Source of the DNA: an uncultured Candidatus Saccharibacteria bacterium
GTDB lineage: Bacteria > Patescibacteriota > Minisyncoccia > Phycocordibacterales > UBA918
Reading direction: 5' to 3'
Assembly: GCA_964402035.1 (NCBI GenBank)
Contig: CAYOAM010000003.1
Location: forward strand, 86,480-150,479
Length of the DNA: 64,000 nucleotides
The notes below the pieces were generated by a model. It saw only the letters and a list, made by a program, of their open reading frames with translations, was not told the DNA's origin and did not search any database. Below are positions 8,970 through 18,097 of this stretch, in pieces. A program made the translations under genes and the position numbers. Within the stretch, counting starts at the first letter, position 1, and every line of letters starts with the position of its first letter.

Positions 8970-10076
8970 TTAGCGTTCAGAAAGTCGTCGGAGCGCAGCA
9001 CCAACAGCAACAGCAAACGAGGGTCCGATTGTTTTTAAGGTATCTTGAAGAAATGCAGGATATTCAACTTTTGCAAAGGGATCGGCATTAAGAATCCGAC
9101 GACCGAGTACATTTTGTGCATACTCCGCAACGCCCGCGAGCGTTGCTCCACCACCTGAAAGCATCACGGACGACACTGGTACGGCTCCGTTGGTACGCTC
9201 GTATGCCTCAAGCAAGCGTCGAGACTCGATAAACATACGTTCGAGCGGCAAACTGAGCGCACGCTCAATCCGCGGATTCTCATGCGCCAAAAGTCCCACT
9301 TGACGCTTCATTTCTTCAGCATCAGATATAGTGAGTTCGAGAGACTTTGAAAGAGCCGACGTGAGATCTTGTCCACCCACTGTAATACTGTGTGTTGCCT
9401 GCACAATACCTCCGGCCACGACATAGAGTTTTGTTGTTGCGGCACCGATGTCCATAATAAGTATGGTCTCATCAATCTTTTGCACGCTCGAACGGATGGT
9501 ACTAAAGACTTCTATTTCGTTAAAACTCGAAAGCATCCCCGCCCCCTCGATCACCGTCTTAAATTTGCTCAGCGCTTCATTGTGAATAGCGGCCAAGAGT
9601 ACACGAGTTGTTGTCACTCGCCCCGCTGATTCAGCCCCATTTTTATTAGGCACCACAAACCAATCGAGCGTCACCTGCGAGACGGGCACTGGCACATATT
9701 TGCGGGCTTCAATCGGTATCATCGCCTCAAGGAGTGCCGGATCCTCAACCTGGAGTGAAATCACCGTCACGAAACTTGCAGCATACGGGACCGCAACACC
9801 AACGTTGCGGCTTGTGACAGATGCTTCTCGTACAATATCCAACAGCGCCTCCGTTGTTTTTCCCGGCTCAAGATTGGTGGCACGACCGACGTCCACGTTT
9901 GCATACGGCCCAAGCTGCAGTTCTCCATACGTCTCCAAAACCGCTCGCTGATGCTCGCGACGTAGTTGCACAATCTTTATAGAAGAAGAACCAAAATCAA
10001 TACCAACGACACTACCGCCATGCGCAGGCGCGGCGGCATTAAATAATTTACCGAGTGACTTAAAAGACAGATCCAT
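8970..10076 (-). CDS. pilM: Type IV pilus assembly protein PilM (actin-like ATPase fold)
   Basis: 368 aa with N-terminal GIDFGSSSIKIVQL and the PilM/FtsA-like fold signature. First gene of the operon. Confidence 0.85.
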   Translation of the reverse strand: MDLSFKSLGKLFNAAAPAHGGSVVGIDFGSSSIKIVQLRREHQRAVLETYGELQLGPYANVDVGRATNLEPGKTTEALLDIVREASVTSRNVGVAVPYAASFVTVISLQVEDPALLEAMIPIEARKYVPVPVSQVTLDWFVVPNKNGAESAGRVTTTRVLLAAIHNEALSKFKTVIEGAGMLSSFNEIEVFSTIRSSVQKIDETILIMDIGAATTKLYVVAGGIVQATHSITVGGQDLTSALSKSLELTISDAEEMKRQVGLLAHENPRIERALSLPLERMFIESRRLLEAYERTNGAVPVSSVMLSGGGATLAGVAEYAQNVLGRRILNADPFAKVEYPAFLQDTLKTIGPSFAVAVGAALRRLSER

Positions 10077-10131
10077 CTCAAAAACATTTTAACACGCAAA
10101 TAGCAACATTCGATCAAAAAACACGTAGTAT

Positions 10132-10755
10132 GTGTATGAGACTATGTTTCGGCATTTTTTCACACTAGTGCTCGATAGTATCTTTCCGCCATCAAAGATG
10201 GAGCTCCTGGTACGCCACGCAACACAAGAGCAGCTCCATGCACATGCACTACAAAATAGCGTCTTTGAGACACGGACGATTTTTGAATATCGTGATCCGC
10301 TGGTCCGTGCACTTATTTGGCAGACGAAATATAGTGACAACATGAGCGCTGCAACGCTTCTTGGCAACGCGCTCCGCGAAGAACTACTGACGTCAATAAC
10401 GACACCGTACGTGGTGATCCCGATGCCACTCTCATCGCAGCGGCTACGGGAACGAGGTTACAATCAGACAGAACGGATTGCTGAGATTGCTGTGCTCGAT
10501 CTCCCATTTCTCACCTATGAACCATCGGTCCTTGTTCGAAAGAATACTGAATCGACGCAGACAAAATTAACGAAAAAGCAACGTGAAGAAAACATTGCCG
10601 GTGCATTTTATGTGAAAAATACCGAAATCCTCAAAAAGAAGAAGGTGATTTTGATCGACGATGTGGTGACGACTGGCGCCACGCTGCGAGAAGCCGCCCG
10701 CGCGCTAAAGCGCGCTGGCGCAAAGTCCGTCCTCTGTGTCGCTCTCGCCCACTAG
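10132..10755 (+). CDS. comFC: ComF-family phosphoribosyltransferase-domain competence protein
   Basis: C-terminal PRTase motif VILIDDVVTTGATLREAARALKRAGAKSV. Divergent from pilM. Confidence 0.8.
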   Translation: MYETMFRHFFTLVLDSIFPPSKMELLVRHATQEQLHAHALQNSVFETRTIFEYRDPLVRALIWQTKYSDNMSAATLLGNALREELLTSITTPYVVIPMPLSSQRLRERGYNQTERIAEIAVLDLPFLTYEPSVLVRKNTESTQTKLTKKQREENIAGAFYVKNTEILKKKKVILIDDVVTTGATLREAARALKRAGAKSVLCVALAH

Positions 10756-10799
10756 GCATCTTTCAAAAACCTATGCTATTCTAGGCGAATACAAATTTT

Positions 10800-10814
10800 G
10801 GAGACGTGGCTGAG
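10800..10814 (+). repeat. Duplicate of the first 15 nt of tRNA-Ser (GGAGACGTGGCTGAG), 103 nt upstream of the intact gene
   Basis: Exact 15/15 match to positions 10918-10932, followed by a long imperfect hairpin (GTGGCTGAG...CTCAGCCAC). Confidence 0.6.
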
Positions 10815-10917
10815 CTGGGTGAGAAAGAAATAATCTTCTTTCGAACCGACACATCGTGTCGGACCACTCAGCCACGGAACCGCGCAAGCGGGCTTCATTT
10901 GAACAAAGTGAATATAT

Positions 10918-11005
10918 GGAGACGTGGCTGAGTGGTCGAAAGCACCTCACTGCTAACGAGGCAGGGCCGAAACGCCCTCGACGGTTCGAATCCGTCCGTC
11001 TCCGC
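10918..11005 (+). tRNA. tRNA-Ser (anticodon GCU)
   Basis: Acceptor GGAGACG/CGTCTCC, anticodon loop CUGCUAA, 18-nt variable arm with AGGGC/GCCCT stem, T-arm GACGG-TTCGAAT-CCGTC, discriminator G. One A:C mismatch at 31:39. No CCA encoded. Confidence 0.8.
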
Positions 11006-11054
11006 AACTGTTTTGAAAAGCACCACTTGCGGGTGTTTTTTGAAACAGGAGGAT

Positions 11055-11086
11055 GGGATTCGAAGCTGTTGCGAGATATTTTGGGA
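11055..11086 (+). repeat. Copy 1 of a 32-nt direct repeat (GGGATTCGAAGCTGTTGCGAGATATTTTGGGAG)
   Basis: Repeated at 11280-11309 with 3 mismatches. Confidence 0.5.
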
Positions 11087-11129
11087 GTGAAACGAACAGA
11101 ATATCGACAACGGGTACTGAACGTGTCAA

Positions 11130-11153
11130 CGTTCGAATCCGTCCGTCTCCGCA
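11130..11153 (+). repeat. Duplicate of the tRNA-Ser 3' end (T-arm plus acceptor), 125 nt downstream of the gene
   Basis: CGTTCGAATCCGTCCGTCTCCGCA matches 10983-11006 at 23 of 24 positions. Confidence 0.6.
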
Positions 11154-11177
11154 AATAACGAAGTGAGCGAAGGAGAC

Positions 11178-11309
11178 CAAACAGTCTGGGCTGAACATGC
11201 TGGGAGCATGTTCAGGACCTTGCGAGGTATCTTTAGAAAAGTACCCGCAAGGTGTACTGCTTCTGTCAGAAGACTGTTTGGGATTCGAAACTGTTGCCAG
11301 ATATTTTGG
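11178..11309 (+). ncRNA. Candidate structured RNA or repeat module, unclassified
   Basis: Long-range helix AAACAGTCT...AGACTGTTT encloses two stem-loops (CTGAACATGC-TGGGA-GCATGTTCAG and CCTTGCG...CGCAAGG). It is followed by repeat copy 2 and the 16-bp palindrome TCCGCCAGCTGGCGGA. No protein-coding signal. Confidence 0.3.
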
Positions 11310-11433
11310 AAGCCATAGTCCGCCAGCTGGCGGAGAACAAAAATAGCTGCAACGGATACTGAAACGGTACGTTTTAGTATCGCACTCTCCGCGAAAACTT
11401 GAGCGAATCACCTTTATAGATATGCTAATATAA

Positions 11434-12063
11434 ATGTGTCTTAATCACCTCACCTACACTATGCTTACTCAAAAAAGAAATGCGGCGATCGTGGCTATCA
11501 GTTGTGTTATTGGCGTTGCTACCGCACTTTTCTTTTATTTTGAAAAAGCCGAAGCGCCAGCCATTGTCACTGACGTACCAGGAGCGGAGACAATAAACCA
11601 AGAGACCAAGGAAACTGCCACCACGACCGACAACAATCAAACAACCACACCAACCGAGACTAAAGGTGTCGAGCCTACAACACCTAAAACAACTAGTGCC
11701 ACATCAAAACCAGTGGCCAAACCGGCACCCGCTCCGACATCGAAAGTTGTATATAGCGCTGTGGTTAGCTATACGGATAAAGGATTCAAACCGTTTCGCG
11801 TCACGATAGAACCCGGCCAGACAGTACGATTTCTCAATCAATCGAGTCGCGAGATGTGGGTTGCTTCTAATATTCACCCCACACACTCCAACTACCTGAT
11901 TAAAGGCTCCAACGACTGTCTTGGGAGCAGCTTTGATCAGTGCAAGGCCGTCGGCAAAGGCGAATACTGGGACTTCAAATTTGATCCCGTCGGCTCTTGG
12001 GATTTCCACAATCACATGCGACCGACCGACGATGGTACTATCTACGTTGTGAAGCCTCGTTAA
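11434..12063 (+). CDS. Membrane-anchored protein with Thr/Pro-rich linker and C-terminal cupredoxin-like domain
   Basis: N-terminal TM helix, TTTPTETKGVEPTTPKTTSATSKP linker, then FKPFRVTIEPGQTVRFLNQSS...IHPTHS...DFHNHM, which resembles EfeO-type cupredoxin domains. Confidence 0.5.
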   Translation: MCLNHLTYTMLTQKRNAAIVAISCVIGVATALFFYFEKAEAPAIVTDVPGAETINQETKETATTTDNNQTTTPTETKGVEPTTPKTTSATSKPVAKPAPAPTSKVVYSAVVSYTDKGFKPFRVTIEPGQTVRFLNQSSREMWVASNIHPTHSNYLIKGSNDCLGSSFDQCKAVGKGEYWDFKFDPVGSWDFHNHMRPTDDGTIYVVKPR

Positions 12064-12155
12064 TTTGAAACCGAGAAAGCCCTTGAAACACCCTCTTCTG
12101 GAGTTTTCTTATGACGTAAGATAGGCTATTCTGATACCAGAAAGTGAGGTATGTC

Positions 12156-12425
12156 ATGATCGACCTATTGTTCATCGCCCTCATAAGCACACTTTGCTTC
12201 TTCATCCTTGGAAAATGCATAGAGCTCAGCGACGCCGTGAGCGAGAGTCGATATGTGCGATCACTGGCGGCACTCTGTGGAACACTATTGCTTGTAACTA
12301 TTTTTATGAGCTGTGCGCATTTTGGCATCAGGGGACTAGCGATTGGAATATCATCCTGTATCGCGTTCACCGTAGGAGTGCTTGACGCCCGAGCATGTAT
12401 TCGAGATATCAAGACTTCTTCGTAA
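12156..12425 (+). CDS. Small hypothetical membrane protein
   Basis: 89 aa with three hydrophobic segments; GAGGT SD 5 nt upstream of the ATG. No homology recognised. Confidence 0.3.
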   Translation: MIDLLFIALISTLCFFILGKCIELSDAVSESRYVRSLAALCGTLLLVTIFMSCAHFGIRGLAIGISSCIAFTVGVLDARACIRDIKTSS

Positions 12426-12428
12426 CAC

Positions 12429-12458
12429 AAAACGGTCTCACAGCCGTTTTTTCTTTTC
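12429..12458. terminator. Bidirectional terminator between convergent genes
   Basis: AAAACGG-8 nt-CCGTTTT hairpin followed by TTCTTTTCC. Confidence 0.5.
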
Positions 12459-12470
12459 CACCGCACCCAC

Positions 12471-13649
12471 TCATCGCACCGTCTTTGCGATAGTTCCCAC
12501 CACTCGTTTATCAAAAACCCGAGGAATGATTTCTTGAGCGGTTGGTTTTTTCACCAGTCCTGCAAGCGCTTTTGCGGCTCGCAATTTCATATCGTCGGTA
12601 ATCGCTTGCACGCCCCGATCAAGTGCACCACGGAATAAGCCTGGGAACACCAATGCGTTATTAATCTGATTTGGGTAATCAGAGCGACCAGTTGCAACAA
12701 CACGCGCGCCCGCCTTTTGCGCAAGCTCTGGCATGATCTCAGGTGTTGGATTTGCAAGTCCAAAAACTATCGAGTCTTTTGCCATACGTGCCACATGTTC
12801 CGGCGTAATACTTCCCGGACCTGATACACCAATGATCGCGTCTGCTCCCTCAATCGCTTGCAGAACATCTCCACCAATGTTTCGAGGATTGGTCATTGAA
12901 ACCAAGTCTTTTTTATACCCATTAATATTAAAACGATTTTTCGAAAGTATCCCTTTGCTATCACATACAATCACATCTTTGATGCCATATTGGGTAAGCA
13001 GCAGTGCAACAGCGCGACCTGCAGCACCCGCGCCAACAATCACCACCCGCATCTTTTCAATCTTTTTCTTCACCACTTTCGCGGCATTGATAAGACCAGC
13101 AAGGACGACGATCGCCGTACCATGTTGATCATCGTGCATCACGGGAATAGTCAGCTCTTTCTTGAGACGTGACTCAATCTCAAAGCAGCGCGGCGCGCTG
13201 ATGTCTTCGAGATTGATCCCCCCAAACACGGGTGCGATACGCTTCACGGTCTCCACGATCTCGTCTGCATCCTGTGTATCAAGCACTATCGGAAATGCAT
13301 CAATACCCGCCATCTCTTTAAAAATGACGCATTTCCCTTCCATGACCGGCAGCGCTCCATAGTGACCAATGTTGCCAAGACCCAAGACCGCTGATCCGTC
13401 CGAAACGACCGCAACGGTATTGCGTTTAATGGTATACACACGCGCATCTTTTGGATTTTTTGCGAGATGTAGTGAAACTGCCGCAACTCCCGGTGTGTAG
13501 TACGTACTCCAATCTTCTCGTACCTTGAGTTTCGCTTTCGAAACCACTTCGAGTTTGCCATGCAGCCTTTTGTGTTCCTTGAGAGCGCGCTCACCAAAGT
13601 TTATCTTCTTTTTTGGGCTTTTGTTTGGTGCTAATTTTTCTGATTTCAT
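12471..13649 (-). CDS. NAD(P)-dependent malic enzyme (short bacterial form)
   Basis: Malic enzyme N-terminal and NAD-binding domains: YTPGVAAVS, GLGNIGHYGALPVMEGK, GAGAAG. Confidence 0.85.
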   Translation of the reverse strand: MKSEKLAPNKSPKKKINFGERALKEHKRLHGKLEVVSKAKLKVREDWSTYYTPGVAAVSLHLAKNPKDARVYTIKRNTVAVVSDGSAVLGLGNIGHYGALPVMEGKCVIFKEMAGIDAFPIVLDTQDADEIVETVKRIAPVFGGINLEDISAPRCFEIESRLKKELTIPVMHDDQHGTAIVVLAGLINAAKVVKKKIEKMRVVIVGAGAAGRAVALLLTQYGIKDVIVCDSKGILSKNRFNINGYKKDLVSMTNPRNIGGDVLQAIEGADAIIGVSGPGSITPEHVARMAKDSIVFGLANPTPEIMPELAQKAGARVVATGRSDYPNQINNALVFPGLFRGALDRGVQAITDDMKLRAAKALAGLVKKPTAQEIIPRVFDKRVVGTIAKTVR

Positions 13650-13720
13650 ATCATGGGTGCGGTTTATATGTATGACTAACTCGGCTATACTGTAACTATC
13701 GAAGGCTCGATTACCGTATT

Positions 13721-15961
13721 ATGCATCAAAACGACCCTCTAGCGAAACATTTTCGTATTGACGTAGCACATACCAAAGCGCTCAAACGGCTCAATGTTGA
13801 GACTGTGTCTGATCTCCTCTATCACCTCCCTACCCGGTATGAAGATATTTCTGCCATACAATCCGTTGGTGGGCTCATGGTTGGCACTGACGCTATCGTC
13901 TATGGAAAGGTGGGCGGCCTCAAGACACGCAAGACATGGAAAAGTAGACGCGCTATTGCCGAAGGGTGGGTTGAAGATGGTACGGCTCGGATTAAGATCA
14001 TGTGGTTTAACCAGCCGTATATTGCCAAGATGCTAACCGATGGGGTCTACGTCAAACTGGCAGGAAAAGTTGCTGGCTCCGCAGATAAACCCTACCTTTC
14101 AAACCCTGAGATCGAAATCATCGGCGACCTACCTATCGACCGGCACGATTCCCTGTTCAAGGGCACGGGGAACCAAGATGAAACACTCTATCCAGTCTAT
14201 CGAGAAACAAAAGGCGTCACCTCAAAGTGGGTGTATCACACCATTCAAAAATGTTTTAAAACAGGAGTGCTCGATACGCTTTTTGACCCACTACCGGCAG
14301 AGATACTCAAAACATACAATCTCCCCAATCTGCGCACTGCGCTCGTATGGATTCATGCACCCAAAAAAGCAGAGCATACCGAAGCGGCGCGCAAGCGATT
14401 TGCATTTGAAGAAGTGTTTTACATTCAAGTGGCAAAACAAAAAGAACGTGCCACCGTACAAAACATAGAGACCTACACCATAACCACCGACGATGCGCAC
14501 ATTCGCTCCTTTACCGAACGATTTCCATTTGCGCTCACCGACGCACAGATAAAAGCGATATCGGTGATCCTTCAAAATTTTACGGCGAAACACGCCATGT
14601 CTCGCCTCCTTGAAGGTGATGTTGGTTCTGGAAAGACCGCAGTCGCTGCAACAACCGCATATGCGGTAGCAACGAGTAGACCTCCGCGCATAGAACCCCC
14701 CAAACCAAAGGGTGTCCCTGAACTACGAAAACCATCGCTCATTCCAAAAGAGTTTGGGAATCTGCAAGTTGCATATATGGCACCCACCGAAATTCTCGCA
14801 CGCCAGCATTTTGAATCCTTTATCGAATATTTTCATCACCTCCCTATTCAAATTGGTCTTATTACCGGCAGTGGCTGTATGAAATTCCCTTCCAAGGTCA
14901 ACCCCACAAAACCAACCGACATTTCACGCTCGCAACTCCTCAAATGGGTTAAAAATGGCGAAATACCCATTCTCATTGGTACCCATGCATTGATTCAAAA
15001 AGCAGTGTCGTTTAAACATTTGGCGTATGTCATCATCGACGAACAACATCGATTTGGCACCAACCAGCGACGCATGCTCGCAAAGAAAGATAGCTCCAAC
15101 GGAAACTCCGCCAGCTGGCGGATTCCACACCTCCTTTCAATGACCGCAACGCCGATACCGCGCACACTGGCGCTCACCGTTTATGGCGACCTCGATCTCA
15201 CACTTCTTGATCAAATGCCCGTCGGACGAAAACCGATCATCACCAAGATTGTCACCAACACTGAACGCAAAAGCGTGTACGAAGAAATGAAGCGGGATCT
15301 CGCGCGCGGCCGCCAAGCGTATGTGATTTGTCCTCGTATTGAGGAACCCGATCCAGCAAAAGAAATGGCTATCCAAGCGAAGTCAGTCATTGCTGAAGCA
15401 GCACGTCTCAAAAAAAGTGTTTTTGCAGACTCCACGATCGGTATCTTGCATAGCAAGATGAACCCCAAAGAAAAAGAGTCGGTCATGAAACGATTTCTTG
15501 CGCACGATATCGACATTCTGGTCGCCACGTCCGTGGTGGAAGTCGGTGTCAATGTACCCAATGCAACTTCGATACTGATCGAAGGTGCTGAACGGTTTGG
15601 ACTTTCGCAGCTCCATCAGCTTCGTGGTCGCGTGATGCGCTCATCAGACCAAGCATATTGCTACGCGCTGACCGATAGCAAAAGCGAAAAGACGATCGCC
15701 CGCCTTAAAGCACTTGCCACTGCAAAAAATGGCTTCGAACTCGCTGAGTACGACCTCGCGCAACGTGGATCGGGTGAACTCTATGGCATGCGCCAGTGGG
15801 GACTCACCGATCTCGGCATGGAAGCAATCAAAAACCTCAAAATGGTCGAAGCGGCCCGCAAAGAAGCAACCAGTATGATCGAGCGCGATCCCGACCTCCG
15901 CATGCATCCCGAAATATTGAAACGGGTAGAGTCGATCACGAAAACCCTGCATTTGGAATGA
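13721..15961 (+). CDS. recG: ATP-dependent DNA helicase RecG
   Basis: 746 aa with wedge/OB N-terminus, DEQHRFG, SMTATPIPRT and QLHQLRGRV helicase motifs. Ends in TGA. Confidence 0.9.
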   Translation: MHQNDPLAKHFRIDVAHTKALKRLNVETVSDLLYHLPTRYEDISAIQSVGGLMVGTDAIVYGKVGGLKTRKTWKSRRAIAEGWVEDGTARIKIMWFNQPYIAKMLTDGVYVKLAGKVAGSADKPYLSNPEIEIIGDLPIDRHDSLFKGTGNQDETLYPVYRETKGVTSKWVYHTIQKCFKTGVLDTLFDPLPAEILKTYNLPNLRTALVWIHAPKKAEHTEAARKRFAFEEVFYIQVAKQKERATVQNIETYTITTDDAHIRSFTERFPFALTDAQIKAISVILQNFTAKHAMSRLLEGDVGSGKTAVAATTAYAVATSRPPRIEPPKPKGVPELRKPSLIPKEFGNLQVAYMAPTEILARQHFESFIEYFHHLPIQIGLITGSGCMKFPSKVNPTKPTDISRSQLLKWVKNGEIPILIGTHALIQKAVSFKHLAYVIIDEQHRFGTNQRRMLAKKDSSNGNSASWRIPHLLSMTATPIPRTLALTVYGDLDLTLLDQMPVGRKPIITKIVTNTERKSVYEEMKRDLARGRQAYVICPRIEEPDPAKEMAIQAKSVIAEAARLKKSVFADSTIGILHSKMNPKEKESVMKRFLAHDIDILVATSVVEVGVNVPNATSILIEGAERFGLSQLHQLRGRVMRSSDQAYCYALTDSKSEKTIARLKALATAKNGFELAEYDLAQRGSGELYGMRQWGLTDLGMEAIKNLKMVEAARKEATSMIERDPDLRMHPEILKRVESITKTLHLE

Positions 15962-16210
15962 TTGACACATAGTGCCCCCTATGCGAGCATGTTGCAAACG
16001 TTCTTGGGGATTCTGATGGATCGGAAAAAATATTGGCACAACGGTATCTGTCGCCGATGTGGTGGGACAGGATGGCTGTTGCGGAAAAATCAAAAGGACC
16101 AACCTGCTAAAAGCTGGAAAGGGAGCTTCAAAAACTGCACGACGTGCGCAGCTAGAGGTTCTCACGGACGAAAAATGAGACCAGTCCCAACACCCATGCT
16201 GCACCCCTAG
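15962..16210 (+). CDS. Small Cys-containing hypothetical protein, zinc-ribbon-like
   Basis: 82 aa with CRRCGGTGW...CTTCAARG. Starts with TTG directly after the recG stop. Weak support. Confidence 0.25.
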   Translation: MTHSAPYASMLQTFLGILMDRKKYWHNGICRRCGGTGWLLRKNQKDQPAKSWKGSFKNCTTCAARGSHGRKMRPVPTPMLHP

Positions 16211-16298
16211 GTGCCTCATGGGTTTTTCAATATTCTTCCTATTTGAGAAAGCCTATACTACAGGACGTTTAGCCATATTTAGTACTCTTGATCCTAAC

Positions 16299-16787
16299 TT
16301 AGAAGTACACCGTTGGAAAAAGCTTTAGAATTATCATATAGGCGGCACCAATGAGTCCAATCAAAATAAGAACATAAGCCACCGCGCGGAAGAGTAAAAT
16401 TGGAATTGACACAACACTTATCCAAAAGGACTTTTTTGCTATGCGTTTAGTATCAACATTTGCAACAATGATTTCATATATTTGTTGCATGTCTTCAAAA
16501 TGAGAAAGTGTCACACTACCATCCCAGAAACCTCCCTCTGCTCTTTCTACAGTAATGGCTTTTATTTTCCCAGATTTATTTTGAAAGAAATCCACATGTT
16601 CAATATCTCGGAAGAGAACTCTACGCATATTAAAATCATGAGAACTACTAGTGCGACCAGAGGACGACCACATTAACAGACAAAGACCCTCCTCAGTGAT
16701 TTCAAGTACTTGCTCATTGTTGAGTAACAAATCAAGTAACGATCGTGACTTTCTCAGAATAATCTTCTCCATAGTCGCAGAATGCAC
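16299..16787 (-). CDS. Hypothetical protein with C-terminal membrane anchor
   Basis: 162 aa in an AT-rich segment; C-terminal hydrophobic helix. No family recognised. Confidence 0.4.
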   Translation of the reverse strand: MHSATMEKIILRKSRSLLDLLLNNEQVLEITEEGLCLLMWSSSGRTSSSHDFNMRRVLFRDIEHVDFFQNKSGKIKAITVERAEGGFWDGSVTLSHFEDMQQIYEIIVANVDTKRIAKKSFWISVVSIPILLFRAVAYVLILIGLIGAAYMIILKLFPTVYF

Positions 16788-16878
16788 TAGTTTAACAGAA
16801 CATTGTATATAGGATTATTGTTGAACATAAGCCCCTTTTTGCGGTATAGTCATGGCACGCTGACTTACAGCACATCAC

Positions 16879-16952
16879 CCGTCCTTAGCTCAGTTGGTTA
16901 GAGCATTCCGCTTATACCGGAAGGGTCCCTGGTTCGAGTCCAGGAGGACGGA
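16879..16952 (+). tRNA. tRNA-Ile with anticodon UAU (decodes AUA)
   Basis: Acceptor CCGTCCT/AGGACGG, D-arm GCTC-AGTTGGTTA-GAGC, anticodon stem TTCCG/CGGAA with loop CTTATAC (U33, anticodon TAT, A37), T-arm CCTGG-TTCGAGT-CCAGG, discriminator A. Confidence 0.75.
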
Positions 16953-16961
16953 CAAGATCAG

Positions 16962-16996
16962 AAACAGCCAAGCCCTTTGGGTGCTCGGCTGTTTTA
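16962..16996 (+). terminator. Terminator-like imperfect hairpin after tRNA-Ile
   Basis: AACAGCCAAGC...GCTCGGCTGTT followed by TTTATTATG. Confidence 0.4.
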
Positions 16997-17674
16997 TTAT
17001 GTCGTCCGTCTCACCCTTATTCCTAACTCACCAAAATGTTTCAAAGCCATCAGGACATACTCCCATAGTGCTATGTCTCCGTATATTACATTGCATGTCC
17101 CGTGCCCAAAGCCATTCTTATACGTAAGACCAGATAATGTTGATGTCTTAACATATGGCTTTCTAAACTGACTCCGTGGTATACCCAAACGTTCTGACCA
17201 ATAGGATGAAACAGTCTCAATATCCATATCAGAGTACAGATGTAGTTTTATTTTTACTTTCCTTATGTCTACCTCCATTAATAACAGCCACTGTAAGAAA
17301 AAATACACAATGTCAGGATCTGTGTTTGCAATGAGGGTAGTGCCCCGCATAGATTTTGCACCCTCTCCCCAATAGAGAAATAGCCCCCCAAGAAACAATT
17401 CTCTTTTTGAAAGTATCCCAATGTCTTTTTTTGCTTTTTGATACGCTAGCGAGAGACGCGCCTCTCGCTTTCGCTGTGTGGTTATTCGATAGTTTTCAAT
17501 CCTGCGTGGATTCCAGTCCCGAACTGTACGCATCTGTTCATCAGATAGCGGCATATCGCGCAGCCACAGACTGAGTGTACTCTTGCTGACTCTCAAAATA
17601 CGTTTTATTTCGGAGTACGTTTTGCCCTCCTTGCGCAGTTTTCGAGCTTTTTCTCTATCCTGAAACCGTGCCAT
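16997..17674 (-). CDS. HTH-domain protein with possible degenerate LAGLIDADG-type homing-endonuclease fold
   Basis: N-terminal helix-turn-helix KEGKTYSEIKRILRVSKSTLSLWL, then FLGGLFLYWGEGAK (compare LAYWFMDDGG of I-SceI) with downstream spacing similar to single-motif LAGLIDADG enzymes. AT-rich, and TATACT lies 4 nt before the ATG. Confidence 0.4.
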   Translation of the reverse strand: MARFQDREKARKLRKEGKTYSEIKRILRVSKSTLSLWLRDMPLSDEQMRTVRDWNPRRIENYRITTQRKREARLSLAYQKAKKDIGILSKRELFLGGLFLYWGEGAKSMRGTTLIANTDPDIVYFFLQWLLLMEVDIRKVKIKLHLYSDMDIETVSSYWSERLGIPRSQFRKPYVKTSTLSGLTYKNGFGHGTCNVIYGDIALWEYVLMALKHFGELGIRVRRTT

Positions 17675-17860
17675 ATGTATAGTATAGAACATTAAACCGT
17701 ATATATAAATAACACTATCCACTAGTTCGATACTCAAAATAGGGCTGATTATTAACCTCGTTGATCATGCCATTACAGGTGCACCAAAATAGCATCGTCA
17801 CATTGTTTGTATTTGACACAGGCCCACTATCAAAGTACCCTTCCCGAGGAAAAGGAGAAG

Positions 17861-18097
17861 ATGATGATGCCGATAATGCCGCACTGCTCAGGTCCGTATA
17901 CATGCAGAGAGGGGACGACTTGCCCATGCTGCAAGAACGCGGCGGAACTTGATGCATTTTTGAAAGAGCATCTCGGTCCCACCCAATACGAAGCCTTTAC
18001 AGCACTTGTCGCAACAGGATTTGTGCTATCTCTCAAACGTGACGGCCTCTACACCTTGGGTGATCCCAGAATATCGATAACTTCACCTACGCGGTGA
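17861..18097 (+). CDS. Small Cys-rich hypothetical protein
   Basis: 78 aa, MMMPIMPHCSGPYTCREGTTCPCCKNAAELDAFLK..., with a hydrophobic C-terminal third. Strong AAGGAG SD at 17852-17857. Confidence 0.4.
   Translation: MMMPIMPHCSGPYTCREGTTCPCCKNAAELDAFLKEHLGPTQYEAFTALVATGFVLSLKRDGLYTLGDPRISITSPTR

Noticed and set aside
8504-9016. 170-aa minus-strand ORF spanning the pilN/pilM junction
   Set aside because: Out of frame with and overlapping pilN and pilM. It contains the palindrome and has no independent support.
10771-11411. Several overlapping 70-150-aa ORFs on both strands across the tRNA-Ser locus
   Set aside because: They overlap a clear tRNA gene. Their internal peptide repeats (LPKYLAT..SNP, CGDGRIRT) only mirror DNA repeats.
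12038-12514. 158-aa minus-strand ORF
   Set aside because: Overlaps the malic enzyme stop and the plus-strand small membrane ORF. It spans a bidirectional terminator and has no conserved features.
15644-16219. 191-aa minus-strand ORF
   Set aside because: Antisense to the conserved 3' end of recG. Composition-driven open frame.
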